A stretch of DNA of 64,000 nucleotides from assembly GCA_021613535.1 (NCBI GenBank), contig CP075492.1:19716001-19780000 (forward strand), read 5' to 3'. Below, piece after piece: positions 38,931-51,251 of the stretch (positions are counted from its first letter, which is position 1; each line of letters opens with the position of its first letter). The translations under genes were made by a program, and so were the position numbers. Under the pieces are notes generated by a model. The model did not search any database. It saw only the letters and a list, made by a program, of their open reading frames with translations, and was not told the origin of the DNA. The DNA is from Adineta vaga. Lineage: Eukaryota > Animalia > Rotifera.

Positions 38931-40033
38931 ATTTGGTTTTTTGATCAAAATACGAGTAATTTTACAGCATCAAATCAATTATTTATTGAAAATTCTCAAA
39001 TAAATCTTTGGAGATTTGAAGTTATTTACACATTTTTAAACGAAACAAGTACAAGTGTATTGAATTTTGTTACAAATCAATCTCCATCAAATGGTTCATG
39101 TTCAATTAATCCATTGAATGGTACAACAACAACTGCATTCAATATTTCATGTTCAAATTGGTTTGATTCAGATGGAGTTCGTGATTATACTTTATATGGT
39201 TTGTTTTCAAATTTAATTCAAATGAAAAAAAAATTTCAAATCTTTTTTTTAGTTTGGACAAAAGATATTTCTGAAAAAATAATGATTTCATATTCATCTG
39301 TTGATCATTTTCAAGTTCGATTACCAATTGGAAATGAAAATACTTCATTAATTAATCTTATTGTTTATATTCGAGATTTTCTTGGATCAATAACACAAGT
39401 CAATATTTCATCAATTGCTGTTACTTTAGATTTTCTAACAATTGATGATTTATTTAATAAAATACAAAATTCATCAAAGACAATAACAGACAATTCAATT
39501 GTTCAATTATTATCAAGTGGAAATCAAAATATCGTTTCACAAATAATTATTTTATTATCACAACAATTGAATCAAATGAATAATCATTATTTAACAAAAG
39601 CGATTTCCAATGGAATTTCATTTGTCGATATCTCAATTTCAACACTTAATTCTCCAAATTTCACCTCATCAACAACAATAATAAATGAAACAATTTCAAT
39701 TGAATATAAAAATGAAATCAATTCTTTAGCAAATATTCGAGATTATTTTGTTTCATTTATCTCCGATCTTCTAATAACAACATCAAATAGTATTATTCTA
39801 CAATCATCATCATTAGTTCAATTAACTCAATCAACAAATCAATTAACACGAAATCTTTTAGTAAAAATACAAATTCACATTTGATTTTGTTCATTTCGAA
39901 TATTCTTTTAGACAATTGTTACCAATCAATGTTATCAATTATCTCTTTCTTTATATTCCATAGCAAATCAAATCTCCTATGAAGATGTTCAATTAGCTGC
40001 AAATCAACTTTTTCAATGTGCATCAAATATTTT

Positions 40034-40256
40034 TGTAACGATATCTGTGATGATATCGTTCTATCCACTTTCTTTGGATGTTCTCTTTCTCACATCTATC
40101 TATCTCTCTTGAATTTCCTCTCTCGTTCTCTTTCTTTTGGTTGCACATATATAAGCTTGTGTTTTTGTATGTAAAAGATGCGATTAATGTTAGGAAGAAA
40201 TAAAGAATGACATGATTCCATCAGGATATACATCTCTTCCATCAGAAATCGTCACA
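40034..40256 (+). mobile_element. Solo LTR (223 bp) inserted in a PKD exon
   Basis: TGTAACGAT...ATCGTCACA termini; 5-bp TSD ATTTT; TATATAA and AATAAA inside. Confidence 0.85.
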
Positions 40257-42429
40257 ATTTTATCTGTAAAAAGAAAATATTTCTTCTTTTTCTTTTATTG
40301 GAATTGTAATTTCTAGGGTGTTAATGGATTATTACAACGACGAACAATTCTTCTTGATTTAGATTATTCTCGTTCGAATACAATTACTTCAGATTATGAT
40401 ACTGATCTCGAATCTCCATGGTCAAATTTAAGTTAAAATCGTTTTTTTCATTTATTCTTCAAATAAAAATTTTTCATTTGATTTAGATTTATTTGCGGAT
40501 GAAAATGATTTTTCTGAAGAAATAATTGAGAAAAATCGAAATATTTATTATCAAAAACAAGTATCAAATGAAATATCAAAACAAGTTACAGAAATGAATT
40601 CATTATTAAGTTTATCATTAAATATTCATCGAAATCTTGGTCAACAATATCTATTAAATAATTCTCAAGCATTTCTTTTCTTTGAAAAACTTTCAAAAAA
40701 ATCACTTGAAAATGGAACATTTCATCAAATTGAAAATTCTCAATTCAATTTTCCATCAAATCTTCTTCTCAATTCATCATCAACAATTTCAATTCGAGTA
40801 AATTTCAAATAACATTTCACATTTTTCTCCTTTTTTTTCTCTTATTCTTTTAGTCTCAAATGACTCCACTTGCTTCATTTGGAAATGCCCAAAATACAAA
40901 TTTATCTCGTTCGATCTCAATTTCAATTCTTGATGAAAATGGAAATGAAATTTCTATTTCTACGAATGAAAATTCTTCAATTCGACTAAGAATTCCACGT
41001 GATCCGAATCTTTTAATTCCATCAATGAATTTCCAAAATGTGACATCAATTGCAAATGTTTTATTTTATTTGTCTTATGTAAATATCACAAGTTCAATTC
41101 CAATTTCAATTGATATGGAAATTGAACCATTAAATTCTTCTCTTTCTTATTTATTTATTTATAAATTTGATCAAATTCCACTTTTAAATAGTTCAATAAA
41201 TGAAATTGATGGTTGGAATTTATTTTGTTCAAATAAACATTTAACAAATGAAAATCTTTATAAATATTTTCTTGATAATCAACGAACATTAAATCATCAA
41301 TCATTGATTTACGGAATTCGACAATTAAATTCAACAGAATTTCAAAATTATTGTTCGAATTCATCATTAAGAAATCAAATTCCAATTACAGATGAAAAAT
41401 CTCATTTTACTTCAAATTATCAAATACGAATTTATACATCGGGTTGTTATTATCTTGATGAAAATTATCAATGGAGATCTGATGGATTAAAAGTAAATGA
41501 ATAATTTTAATTACATAGAAAAACAAAGAATTTCTGTTCTAAGGTTGGTTCATTAACAAACCATTATGAAACAGAATGTTATTCAACACATTTAACAACA
41601 TTTGCCGGTGGATTCATTGTTTTACCGAATCCAATAAACTGGAATTATGTTTTTGCAAATGCGGATTTTTCGAAAAATCAAACAATTTACATAACCATGA
41701 TTTGTACAATAATAATTTTTATTATTTTATTATTTTATTCTCGTTTTAAAGATAAAAAAGATTTGGAAAAATTAGGAGTGACACCTTTAATTGATAATCA
41801 AAAGTCTGATGGATATTTTTATCAAATTATTGTTTTTACTGGTCAAAGAAAAGATGCAGGAACTGAATCTAAAGTTCATTTTGTTTTATCAGGTGAAAAA
41901 GACCAAACAAATATTCGAACATTTTCCAATTCAAATCGAAAAATCTTTGAACGTGGTGGAATTGATGCATTTGTTATGTCTGTTCCAAAATCCTTAGGTT
42001 TATTAAATTATATTCGTATTTGGCATGATAATTCTGCCCATGTAAAAATTTCAGCCGCAATATTTTACTAAAAAGTACTTTTGATATTTTTCTAACAAGT
42101 CAAATAAGTACTTATAAGTGAACCTTTTTAAGTGACTATTAGTATAATAATAAGTGAAAAGTACTATTTATTACTATTAAAAGTGTCAAAAGTTCTTATC
42201 TTATAATTTTGTAAGTACTAAAAAGTACTATCATTTCAGCCAAAAAGTACTTTAAGCGGTATCTTCCTTGTAGTGCTTGTGACTACTATTATTAAGTTTT
42301 TGAGAATTACAACATACTATTCTAGCATATTCTTCAAAGTATACGAAAAGATTTTCTCACCGAGAACTATTACCTAATCCCTTCACGACAACAGTAGAAT
42401 CTTTTATTAAATTTCAATAGGACTAAACT

Positions 42430-42897
42430 TTGCTGCAGTCACGACGACTCCGTCACTATGGTACTTCAGTATGGTATTTTCATCTGGTTCTTGTCAACAG
42501 TCCTGAACGTCTTCACAAGCTATATGGTAAGGCAGGAAGTCTAGCGCCACTGTTTTACCTGCTTGACATGCATAATCAAGTGTGAATTATATTGCACAGA
42601 GCGGCAATGACTATTTTGCGACAACACTGGAATGCAGTGAGAACACTTATGACTGCTCGAAAAAGAATGACACTGTAAAATAAAACCAAGTACATTCCGT
42701 TGTTGTCGTAAAATAGCCATTGCCGCTCTGTGCAATATAATTCACACTTGATTATGCAAGTCAAGCAGGTAAAACAGTGGCGCTAGACTTCCTGCCTTAC
42801 CATATAGCTTGTGAAGACGTTCAGGACTGTTGACAAGAACCAGATGAATATACCATACTGAAGTACCATAGTGACGGAGTCGTCGTGACTGCAGCAA
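42430..42897. repeat. Palindrome with arms of about 200 bp inside the CACTA-like element
   Basis: Arms ~42430-42633 and ~42692-42897; mismatches cluster next to the spacer. Confidence 0.9.
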
Positions 42898-43511
42898 TGC
42901 TCAGTGCTACTGAAAGAATAATGTCTAGGATGATTGCTGCTGTAGTTACGGCATACTCACACATTGTTGTACCAGAGAGCATTGTATCAGTAATAAATGT
43001 TTCATTCTCAACGTATTGCTCCATCTTGATCCAACGCTGTCAATTCCTAAATCGCTTCAATCGAGGTTCTTCGCTAGAACTAGAACTACGACAACACGCC
43101 TTTAAAAAGCCCAAATGAGAATTACTTTAAAGTACTTTCGAAAATAATATAAAGTAATATTCGCATTAATTATTGATAGGTGCCCACTGCCATGTTTTCT
43201 GAATAAATGAGAAAAAAGACTGTTATGCTGGGTATTTATAGGCTTCGTTCATCACGGCGGCCGGCTATACACAAAGCCGGCTGAATATATCCTCCCACGC
43301 GTCGGCTAGATGTAAGCTAGAAAGTACTTATAAGTACTTTTACCCAAATGTCATTTTAATAGTTTTGGGAGTATAGTTAGTGAACTGTGGTGTATATATT
43401 CGACATTTTGCCGAAACGTGATAGAGAAATTGCTGGTATTTGTTTCATTGTCATGTATAGCATTCGGGTGGAGATTCGATTACGTGTTACGACATTTACA
43501 TGCCTATAACT

Positions 43512-44045
43512 CATAGTGGGAGTTAAAACTGGTGAGGTTATAACTCGAGTTATAACTTTTGAGTTATAACCGATCAACTTTTTGGCTCAAAATTTAATTC
43601 AGTTATAACATTTAACCCCGGTTATAACCTTTAACCACAGTTATAACCTATAGCTGCAGTAAAAACCTTTTGCCGTAGTTATTGTTGTGTATTTTCTCGA
43701 TTGTGTAAATCTGAACATGTTTATTATCTCTTTAATTGTAGTGAGTATAGACCTTTACAGAACTTTTTTAAACATAATTTATGTCATTTCAGTATTGCTC
43801 AATAGGGAAGGACGCGGATCTTATTAGTCCTAGCATCTATCGAATTCCGAATTCATAACGTTTTAATATGGTTAACAAAAGGATTCAGGACAATTTATAT
43901 TATATATAAAGCGCTATAGAATGGGCAGTATCCGCTTTATCATCCTTGATATTGGTTAAAAGTTATAACTCCCGTTATAACCATTTTAACTTTTTTGAAT
44001 TTTGTCAACTTAACTTTTCAAAAATTAGTTTTAACTTCCACTATG
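43512..44045. mobile_element. Nested MITE related to the 16099 element
   Basis: TIR CATAGTGG(G/A)AGTTAAAACT; GTTATAAC repeats; no clear TSD. Confidence 0.65.
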
Positions 44046-45335
44046 ATAAAAGTAGCAAGTTTCTTCAGAAAATCTACTTCTCTATTTATAAAAGTATTAT
44101 TAAATACTATGATAATGATAAATACTAAATTTTTGAGACGGATAAATAAATGTTCAAATTTTAATAAAAATTATTTTCAAAAGTAAACTTTAGTATAAAA
44201 TATTGACAACTGTTGCTTAAATTAATAATAAATACTTTAATAAATACTGTGAAGTGTCAAAGTTTCCTTTAACACATGCAAAAGTACTAAAAAGTACTTG
44301 TAAAAGTAACAAAGTATTCAAATCTAATTTGAAAAGTTTCAGAATTACTTAAAAGTACTTTATAAAACTTTTAAGTACTTCAAAGTAAATCTTGTATTAG
44401 CAAAAATATTTACAAGTGCTTCTCACGGTTGGAAAAGGGATATAAAATACTTTTAGAAGTACGATAAATTATGTTTTTTCCTCAAAAGTGGGAAAATATT
44501 TCGAAGCAATTTGAAAAAGTACGAAATATTATGAAATTTTACTTTACATAGTACGAAATAGTACGCAAAGTGCACTTAGTTTACTTTATTAATATGAACA
44601 GTGAAAATAAGTATTTTTTTGCTACTATTCTTTCACATGGGTGGTCGAGATTCATCAGCATCTTGGTTTTTAAAATATTTAATTATTCAAGATTTACAGA
44701 CATTAGAAAAATTTCGTTTTATTTCACAAAAATGGTTTGCTGTGGAAAAAGATGATGGAAAAGTAAGATTCCTCTTTTTTTTTTTTTTTTTGGATTCAAA
44801 GCCTTTTATTCGAAATGAAAGAGGTGTTACAATTTAAACAGGACATAACCGAGAACAGAAACAACCGAAAATAATCTAAGGCCGGAGAGAAGAGAAATAG
44901 AGACGCATGACAATGTCTTATGTCTCTGATAAATCACAGTAGTTGAATGTTGCTGTTTTATCGACATTTTTGGTCAACTCAGCTTGTGATGTACTACAGT
45001 ATTTAATATCTGACGTTTCATGGTTTTGTATAATGGATGAAATAATTTGTGTTATTTACAAGAAATGAATAAGCCATTTTGTTGCTTATTCTTGTACTGT
45101 ATAGTAAGATGGATGTTATTGTATTTTCTAACGATAATCATCGTTGATAATAATATTATAATTTGATTCAGTTCCATATTTAATATGAACTTGAATCGAG
45201 TGGACGTTGTTTGGGGGTTCATTTTTTTGTGTTAATGTGGGAGCATATGTCATATCACTCTAATTTGAACTCGTATAGTTGATATTCGACAATAATGACT
45301 ATAGTTGTTAATATACTGTCCTAGTCGATGTTGTT

Positions 45336-48023
45336 TCATATTTGACTAAGTATCTCTTCAAGATGCTTTTTCAGTGTGCTGTCATTGTTTGCCGTTGCTG
45401 TTTGAATGGATTGTTTCAGCAGTGTTGTTGCATACTCTTTGATTTTTGGTATGTTCGATTTTTGATGAATATAATTAACCGACGTATAGATTGGTAAACC
45501 AAGTGTAGCACGTATTGCTTTGTTTTGGATGATTTGTAACCGTTCCCATACTTTGTCACTTGCAGTGAGTAGTACAGGATAACCATACGTAATTAATGTT
45601 CTTGCAATAGCTTTGAAAATATTTATCATCGTCTTTTCGTTTGGTTCTTTGGCTGCGTTTGATAAATATCTTAATAGACTAATTCTTGCAGCCAGCTTCG
45701 TTTCGATGTGACGAAGATGATTTCTCCATTTTAATTGTTTGTCGATGATTACACCCAAATATCTTGTTGCATCAAGCGGTTTAATGTTGACATTATCGAC
45801 TTTTACTACCACAGGATGTTTGTATTTCTTCTTTGGATGTATTGTGAAGTGTATCATCTCTGTCTTTGTTGGTTGTAGTTTTAATTTCCATGATTTACAC
45901 CAGCTTTCGAAAGCGTCTATGGATTTTTGAAGTCTTTTATTTAGGCAAGACATTCTGTTTGATGAAGTCCATAATGCTGTATCGTCGGCGAATAAACCAT
46001 GTTCAGTATATTGTGGTAAACCATTCATCGAGTCTGCTGTATATATAATGTATAATAGTGGCGATAAAGGAGACCCTTGTGGTGTTCCACTTTGTAATTT
46101 AAATGGACGTGATAATACATTTTCTAATTCTATTGCAGCTGTTCTATTGTCGAGGAAAGAAATAAGGTAATTGATGATGTATTGTGGAAGACGAAGATCA
46201 TAAAGTTTGTAGATTAGACCATCATGCCATACAGAGTCAAAGGCTGCCTTGATGTCGAAGAAGATAACAGCTGAATGTCGTCTTCGTTCTAATCGATGCA
46301 GTTGTCCCTTTGCATAGCGTTCAAGCCTAACTATATTGTACATTGTGCTCTTCTTTGAACGAAAGCCAGCTTGATGTTCTGGTAGAATATTTCTTCGTTC
46401 TATTTCGAGCATCAGTCGTTGTTTTATGATCTTTTCGAGCAGTTTTCCTAAGCAGCTAAGTAGACTAATTGGACGATAACTGGATGTATGTTGCTTGTCC
46501 TTCTTTGGTTTTAATAGCAAGATAATGTTCGCTTTCTTCCAAATGTCAGGAATGTGACCATACATAAGAATTAAGTTAAACAACGCTGTTAGGTGTTGTA
46601 TAAATAATTCTGTATAGTTCTTAATACACCGATTGTGCACATTGTCTGGACCATTTGAACTATTACGAAGTTTCTTTATATGCCATTGTACTTCTTTAGT
46701 TGTAATAGGATTCCAATGCTTTTGTTTTAATGAATGCAACATATCTCTCTTGATTTTGTTTGTTTGTTTCGTTACTTGATCATGAAATGGTATCGTATTC
46801 GACGTTTGGGAATAGACTTCATTTTCGAAGTAATCAGCGAATAAGTCAGCCTTTTCCTTGTCTAGTGTTGCTGTTTGGTTGTTGTATTTCATGATGCTTG
46901 GATATGTTTGTTTAATTCTTTTGTTGTGGAATCTGCGAACTGTACGCCATACTTCATCTGAATACATCTTCTTGTGACACAAAGTCGACATCAATTTCTT
47001 GAAGTTGTTCTTTCTGTCATTTTTAAGTGAATTTGTTAGTAGGACCTTGGTGTTGTAATACTGATCTTTCACAGTGTATTCTCCGGTCTTCTTCCAACGT
47101 CTATACAGTTGATGTTTTAATGTTATAAGACGTTGTGTTGCTTCACTTAACTTGACGTTTGTATTCATTTGTTTTCCAGTTGGTATGGCTTCTTTGGTTG
47201 CTACCGATATACAGTTTGTAATGAAGTCGGTATATTCTTCTATATCTGCTTGTTGTACAGGACTAGTTTTGTTCCACATCTTCAGTTGTGTGTCTAAGCT
47301 GCTTCTATATTGGATCCAATCTGCTTTTTTAAAATTTAATGATATTCTTGGGCAAGACGGCTTGAATTGAGCTTTTAAAGATATATCGAAGGTTAAAGGC
47401 TTGTGTCCACTTAATACACCTATTGTTGGATGTGTTTCGACATTTGAAATAAATGAAAATAATGGTTGACTGGCAAGTATCCAATCTAACTTTTCTTCAT
47501 AATCGTTCTTCTCAAATGTTGTATAATCATCGTCGACACAGTTCAAGAAGCCTTCGTTAATCAGTTCGAGAAGCTGTTTTCCTCTTGCATTTGTTTTTCT
47601 TGAACCCATTTGATTTAATGTAGCATTTAAATCACCCATTATAATACAGTTGTTGTTTAGATTATATAAATCATGGAATACATCGACGCTAAGTTTCGCT
47701 TTCGGCGGAATATAAATCGATGCCACCAAGATTGCCTTGGATGATTTCATTTCGAGTTGTACTGCTATTAATTCGTTGTTTTCCACTGTTTTATTCACTA
47801 TTTCTCGACATTTGATGTGTTGTTTGACTGCTAATAACACTCCTCCACCAGTTTTCCCTACTCGATCATTTCTATAAACGTTGTAACCATCGAGAGAGAA
47901 CTGTTGTTCACTTCTTAGGTTAGTTTCATTCACTGAAATGATGTCGTATTGAGAAAATCTGGCTACGAGTTCATCTTTGTGTTTGTTAATAGAGTTGATG
48001 TTGATATGACATATGTTAATCAT
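45336..48023 (-). CDS. LINE ORF2: AP endonuclease plus reverse transcriptase
   Basis: NINS, NET, GGGV, GDLNA, LD, SGH; YRPISLL, QAGFR, DIKAAFD, GTPQGS, FADD, YLGV. Confidence 0.97.
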   Translation of the reverse strand: MINICHININSINKHKDELVARFSQYDIISVNETNLRSEQQFSLDGYNVYRNDRVGKTGGGVLLAVKQHIKCREIVNKTVENNELIAVQLEMKSSKAILVASIYIPPKAKLSVDVFHDLYNLNNNCIIMGDLNATLNQMGSRKTNARGKQLLELINEGFLNCVDDDYTTFEKNDYEEKLDWILASQPLFSFISNVETHPTIGVLSGHKPLTFDISLKAQFKPSCPRISLNFKKADWIQYRSSLDTQLKMWNKTSPVQQADIEEYTDFITNCISVATKEAIPTGKQMNTNVKLSEATQRLITLKHQLYRRWKKTGEYTVKDQYYNTKVLLTNSLKNDRKNNFKKLMSTLCHKKMYSDEVWRTVRRFHNKRIKQTYPSIMKYNNQTATLDKEKADLFADYFENEVYSQTSNTIPFHDQVTKQTNKIKRDMLHSLKQKHWNPITTKEVQWHIKKLRNSSNGPDNVHNRCIKNYTELFIQHLTALFNLILMYGHIPDIWKKANIILLLKPKKDKQHTSSYRPISLLSCLGKLLEKIIKQRLMLEIERRNILPEHQAGFRSKKSTMYNIVRLERYAKGQLHRLERRRHSAVIFFDIKAAFDSVWHDGLIYKLYDLRLPQYIINYLISFLDNRTAAIELENVLSRPFKLQSGTPQGSPLSPLLYIIYTADSMNGLPQYTEHGLFADDTALWTSSNRMSCLNKRLQKSIDAFESWCKSWKLKLQPTKTEMIHFTIHPKKKYKHPVVVKVDNVNIKPLDATRYLGVIIDKQLKWRNHLRHIETKLAARISLLRYLSNAAKEPNEKTMINIFKAIARTLITYGYPVLLTASDKVWERLQIIQNKAIRATLGLPIYTSVNYIHQKSNIPKIKEYATTLLKQSIQTATANNDSTLKKHLEEILSQI

Positions 48024-49404
48024 CTTCTTGGCTTAGTTTTGCCTCCTTAGTTGCTGTATTATCTAAGGAGCTGTTTGCAGAAATGTTTCTTTTGTTTCTT
48101 TCTTTTGATTCTTTTCGTTGTGGTTTTGCATTTGATATAATTTCAATTGATGACGTTGATGGTTTCGATGATGTATCGTTGTTCGTTGTTGCATTTTGTC
48201 TTTTTTGTTTTTCATTGTTCATGTGTTTGACTACTTGACTCTCTTGTGATGAATCTGAATCAGATACGGATAGAGGTTCGTCAAGTACTGTGCCCTGTCG
48301 TTTGGTGATTGCTTTTTCGATTTTTTCGATTTTTTGTTGTAGTGTTTTGAATAATCGATTTGTCGCTTCTTCGATCATTTTCTCCATTTTGTTACTTAAC
48401 ATGTCTAATAAAACGTCGAACATGTCCTTTTGTAGTTGTTGTTGTTGTGATGCACTTGGTAATAATGGGAATTCATTCAGATCATGTAATGCAGGTGCTG
48501 TTGTAACAGGATTAAAAGCTGTTGAATATTGGTTCACCATATTCTTCATTCTTTTGTCTTGTTCTTGGTATGATGGACAATCTGTGGATGTAGCTAAATG
48601 TTTACCGCTGCAGTTACAGCATTTAATTTTGTCATCAGCAGCATTACATTGATCCAACTTGTGATTATCTCCACATCGAGAACATACCTGATTCTTGGTC
48701 TTGCAGTATTTGGCGATGTGATTGTATTTCATGCAGATGTAGCACTGTAATGGTTTTGTATTTTGTGTTGCTGCTTCTGCTAAGAAATGCATCGAATCGA
48801 CCTGAAGACCAGCGTATACAAATGTATTTCGATTTGTTGCATCACTAAATGTAATTTTTAATGTTCTTGTTGGTGTATTTCCATCTCTGGTTGTTAGTCT
48901 CGTTACTTCGATAACATCAAGACCAACATTCTTTAATGCATCTATAATTCGATCGTTTGGAATTTCTAAATCGACCTTCTTTACGAATGCAACTTTTTCC
49001 GTATCTTTGATACGTTGTATAGATCGAGGAACAAACACTTTCGAATTTGCTTGACCATTTGAAGATAACACTTTTGGTAGATCATTTAGCATTCGATTAA
49101 ATGATTTGACATCGGCAGCTTGTAATGTAAATATTCCTGTGCGACTAAGTTGAATATCACACACCTTAATGTCGCTCATGTGCTGTTTTAAAATGTCATT
49201 TAATTGTAATTTATTTAAATTAATACCTTCAATGATAAGGGGAGCAATGGAGAATTTCGATTGGCCGGATTTAGCAGCCAATGGATTTCCATTAACCCTG
49301 GATAATGTTGTAGTCTGGGTTGTTTTTCTTTGAAGATTTTTATCTTCTAAACTTCGATTTCTTCTATTGGCACCGGCACCGCCGGTGCTCGTTTTTACCG
49401 GCAT
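48016..49404 (-). CDS. LINE ORF1: gag-like protein with three CCHC zinc knuckles
   Basis: CYICMKYNHIAKYC, CSRCGDNH...C, CCNCSGKH...C; first ATG at 49404; overlaps ORF2 by ATGATTAA. Confidence 0.93.
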   Translation of the reverse strand: MPVKTSTGGAGANRRNRSLEDKNLQRKTTQTTTLSRVNGNPLAAKSGQSKFSIAPLIIEGINLNKLQLNDILKQHMSDIKVCDIQLSRTGIFTLQAADVKSFNRMLNDLPKVLSSNGQANSKVFVPRSIQRIKDTEKVAFVKKVDLEIPNDRIIDALKNVGLDVIEVTRLTTRDGNTPTRTLKITFSDATNRNTFVYAGLQVDSMHFLAEAATQNTKPLQCYICMKYNHIAKYCKTKNQVCSRCGDNHKLDQCNAADDKIKCCNCSGKHLATSTDCPSYQEQDKRMKNMVNQYSTAFNPVTTAPALHDLNEFPLLPSASQQQQLQKDMFDVLLDMLSNKMEKMIEEATNRLFKTLQQKIEKIEKAITKRQGTVLDEPLSVSDSDSSQESQVVKHMNNEKQKRQNATTNNDTSSKPSTSSIEIISNAKPQRKESKERNKRNISANSSLDNTATKEAKLSQEDD

Positions 49405-51251
49405 ACAAACCAAAAAACCAAGCACCAATCTCCAAATAAATGCAGATTCAGCAAAAAAAAACCGACAGTTGACGATGAAAAACCAAAGATTTAGAGAGAG
49501 AGCAGAAAAAAGTTTGAGGACAAAACTTGAAAGAGAAAATTTGTATAACCCTAGCTGAATGCGACTTATCACCAGCTAGTTAGAAAGAGAAGTGAAGATT
49601 CCTCTTGGAATGTTAAATTCTTTCATTTGAATTGTATGTAATAGATCGAAAGAATTCTTCCAGTTGCTGATGAAATTGAAAAAGACAATTTTTCTTATAT
49701 TTTATCAAAAAAAACGTATCATAATATATCTGATGGTCATTTATGGTTTTCAATCTTTTCTCGTCCACCATCGAATCAATTCTCGCGTGTTCAACGATGT
49801 ACATGCTGTTTTGTTTTATTCTTTTCTGCAATGTTACTCAATATAATGTATTATGATTTATCGAATCAACCGAAAACATCAGAAAATCTTCTTCTTCAAT
49901 TAGGTCCTTTAAAAATCACACCACAACAAGTATTTGCTGCACAATTTCATTTCTTTGTTCTTCTCATAAAAATTCTTGATTTTTAGATTGGAATTGGAAT
50001 AATGGTTGAATTGCTCACATTTATTCCAAGTATTTTAATTGTTCAAGTTTTTCGTCGAATTCGACCACGTCAACAAATTTCTCCAATAGAGAACTTGTTC
50101 ATGAAAATGAAATCATCTTTTGAAAAAGCAAATTTCAATTCAATAAAGAAAAAATCATCTGAATTTCTATTTCCATGGTGGTGTATTTTTATTGCTTATA
50201 CACTTTCAATAATGATTATTATTCTTTCGATATTTTTCATAATTGTAATTACGAGGAATTGAATTCGGTGAGGATAAAACACAAAAATGGTTAACATCTG
50301 TTCTTACGGGCTTTCTTTCTTCAATTTGTCTCATTCAACCAATCAAAGTTTGTTTATTTATTTATTTCTCCTCTTATCTTCTCATTTGTTTTTCTATTCA
50401 TAGATCATTTGTTTAGCGATATTCTTTGCATTATTCATTCGAAGATCAACAAATGATAAAGAAGAAAAGCAGTTTGTGGTTGATGATCAAATTGATTTTC
50501 ATGATTATGTTAATTCAACTGAAATTTGTTTATTTTCTTCTCAATCTTCTAAACGTATTTATCGTTTGAGTCAAAATCAAATTGAATTTGCACGTGAACA
50601 ACGTCTTCAACAACTTGAAATGTTCAAAATTTTAAAAGAATTTTTCGTTTATTTTCTCTTTGCATTACTTGTTTTTCTTATAACTTATTCAAATCAAGAA
50701 CCAAATTCGTTTTTACAAGTTCAACATTTACAAAGATATTTTCTCAATCGAAGACAAACTCAACTTGATTATACAAAAGTTTGTTTCATAATAGAATTTC
50801 AATTCCAAAGAAATATCTTTTTGTTTATTAAGATTTCAACGATTGATCAATATTGGAATTGGTTACGAATGAATTTTATTGAAAATCTTCGTGCTCAACA
50901 ATGGTACAACGGTGATATTCCTCAATATTTAAATGGATTTTTAAATGATAAATACTATTAGTGATCCCTTCTTCTTGTGAATTGATCTTTTGTGATTTTC
51001 TTATTTCTGATGTTGCTATTAATGATCTTTTTTGTTTTGTGATTTGGTCTATTTGTAGTCTGATTTGCTTACGTACTGATGTACTTATGATATTCTAATT
51101 CGAACAATACACACTTGGAAGAAAATGAATTAAAACCGAACTGGCTTTGAAAAAAAGACTTTGAATCAAAATAATGCGCGTGAATAGTAGCTACTCTTTG
51201 TGTCAAACTTCCAATGCAGAAAATGGTAGGATAGAACATGTTTTTAGAAAT

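Larger units (their letters stand above)
42037..44641. mobile_element. Non-autonomous CACTA/EnSpm-like DNA transposon inserted in the PLAT exon
   Basis: TIR CCCATGT(A/G)AAA; 2-bp TSD TG; many subterminal AAGTAC(TT) repeats; removing it restores HDNSGRDSSASWFLKY. Confidence 0.8.
44775..49594 (-). mobile_element. Full-length intact non-LTR retrotransposon (Jockey/I-group-like), in a PKD intron
   Basis: Poly(A) tail seen as T17 at 44775-44791; AATAAA; TSD AAGATTCCTC(TT) at 44765 and 49595; two intact ORFs. Confidence 0.95.
38928..50952 (+). pseudogene. PKD1/PKDREJ-like polycystin pseudogene, truncated at both ends and multiply disrupted
   Basis: End of REJ module (GSCSINPLNG...CSNWFD); GPS (CYYLD...WRSDG...CYSTHLTTF); PLAT (YQIIVFTG...IRIWHDNS...SWFL); HLWFSIF...RVQR; TM segments. 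Stops after GFLNDK. Exonic insertions at 40034 and 42037; frameshift near 50248. Confidence 0.88.

Noticed and set aside
42060-44600. CRISPR-like spaced repeats (AAGTACTT, GTTATAAC, and GATTCCGTCACG at 52-53 kb)
   Set aside because: Short, irregularly spaced and in both orientations; they fit transposon subterminal repeats, and no cas genes are present.
45739-49558. Short + strand ORFs within the LINE, and similar antisense ORFs in the GPCR, FG-GAP and LamG regions
   Set aside because: Antisense shadows of real coding sequence.
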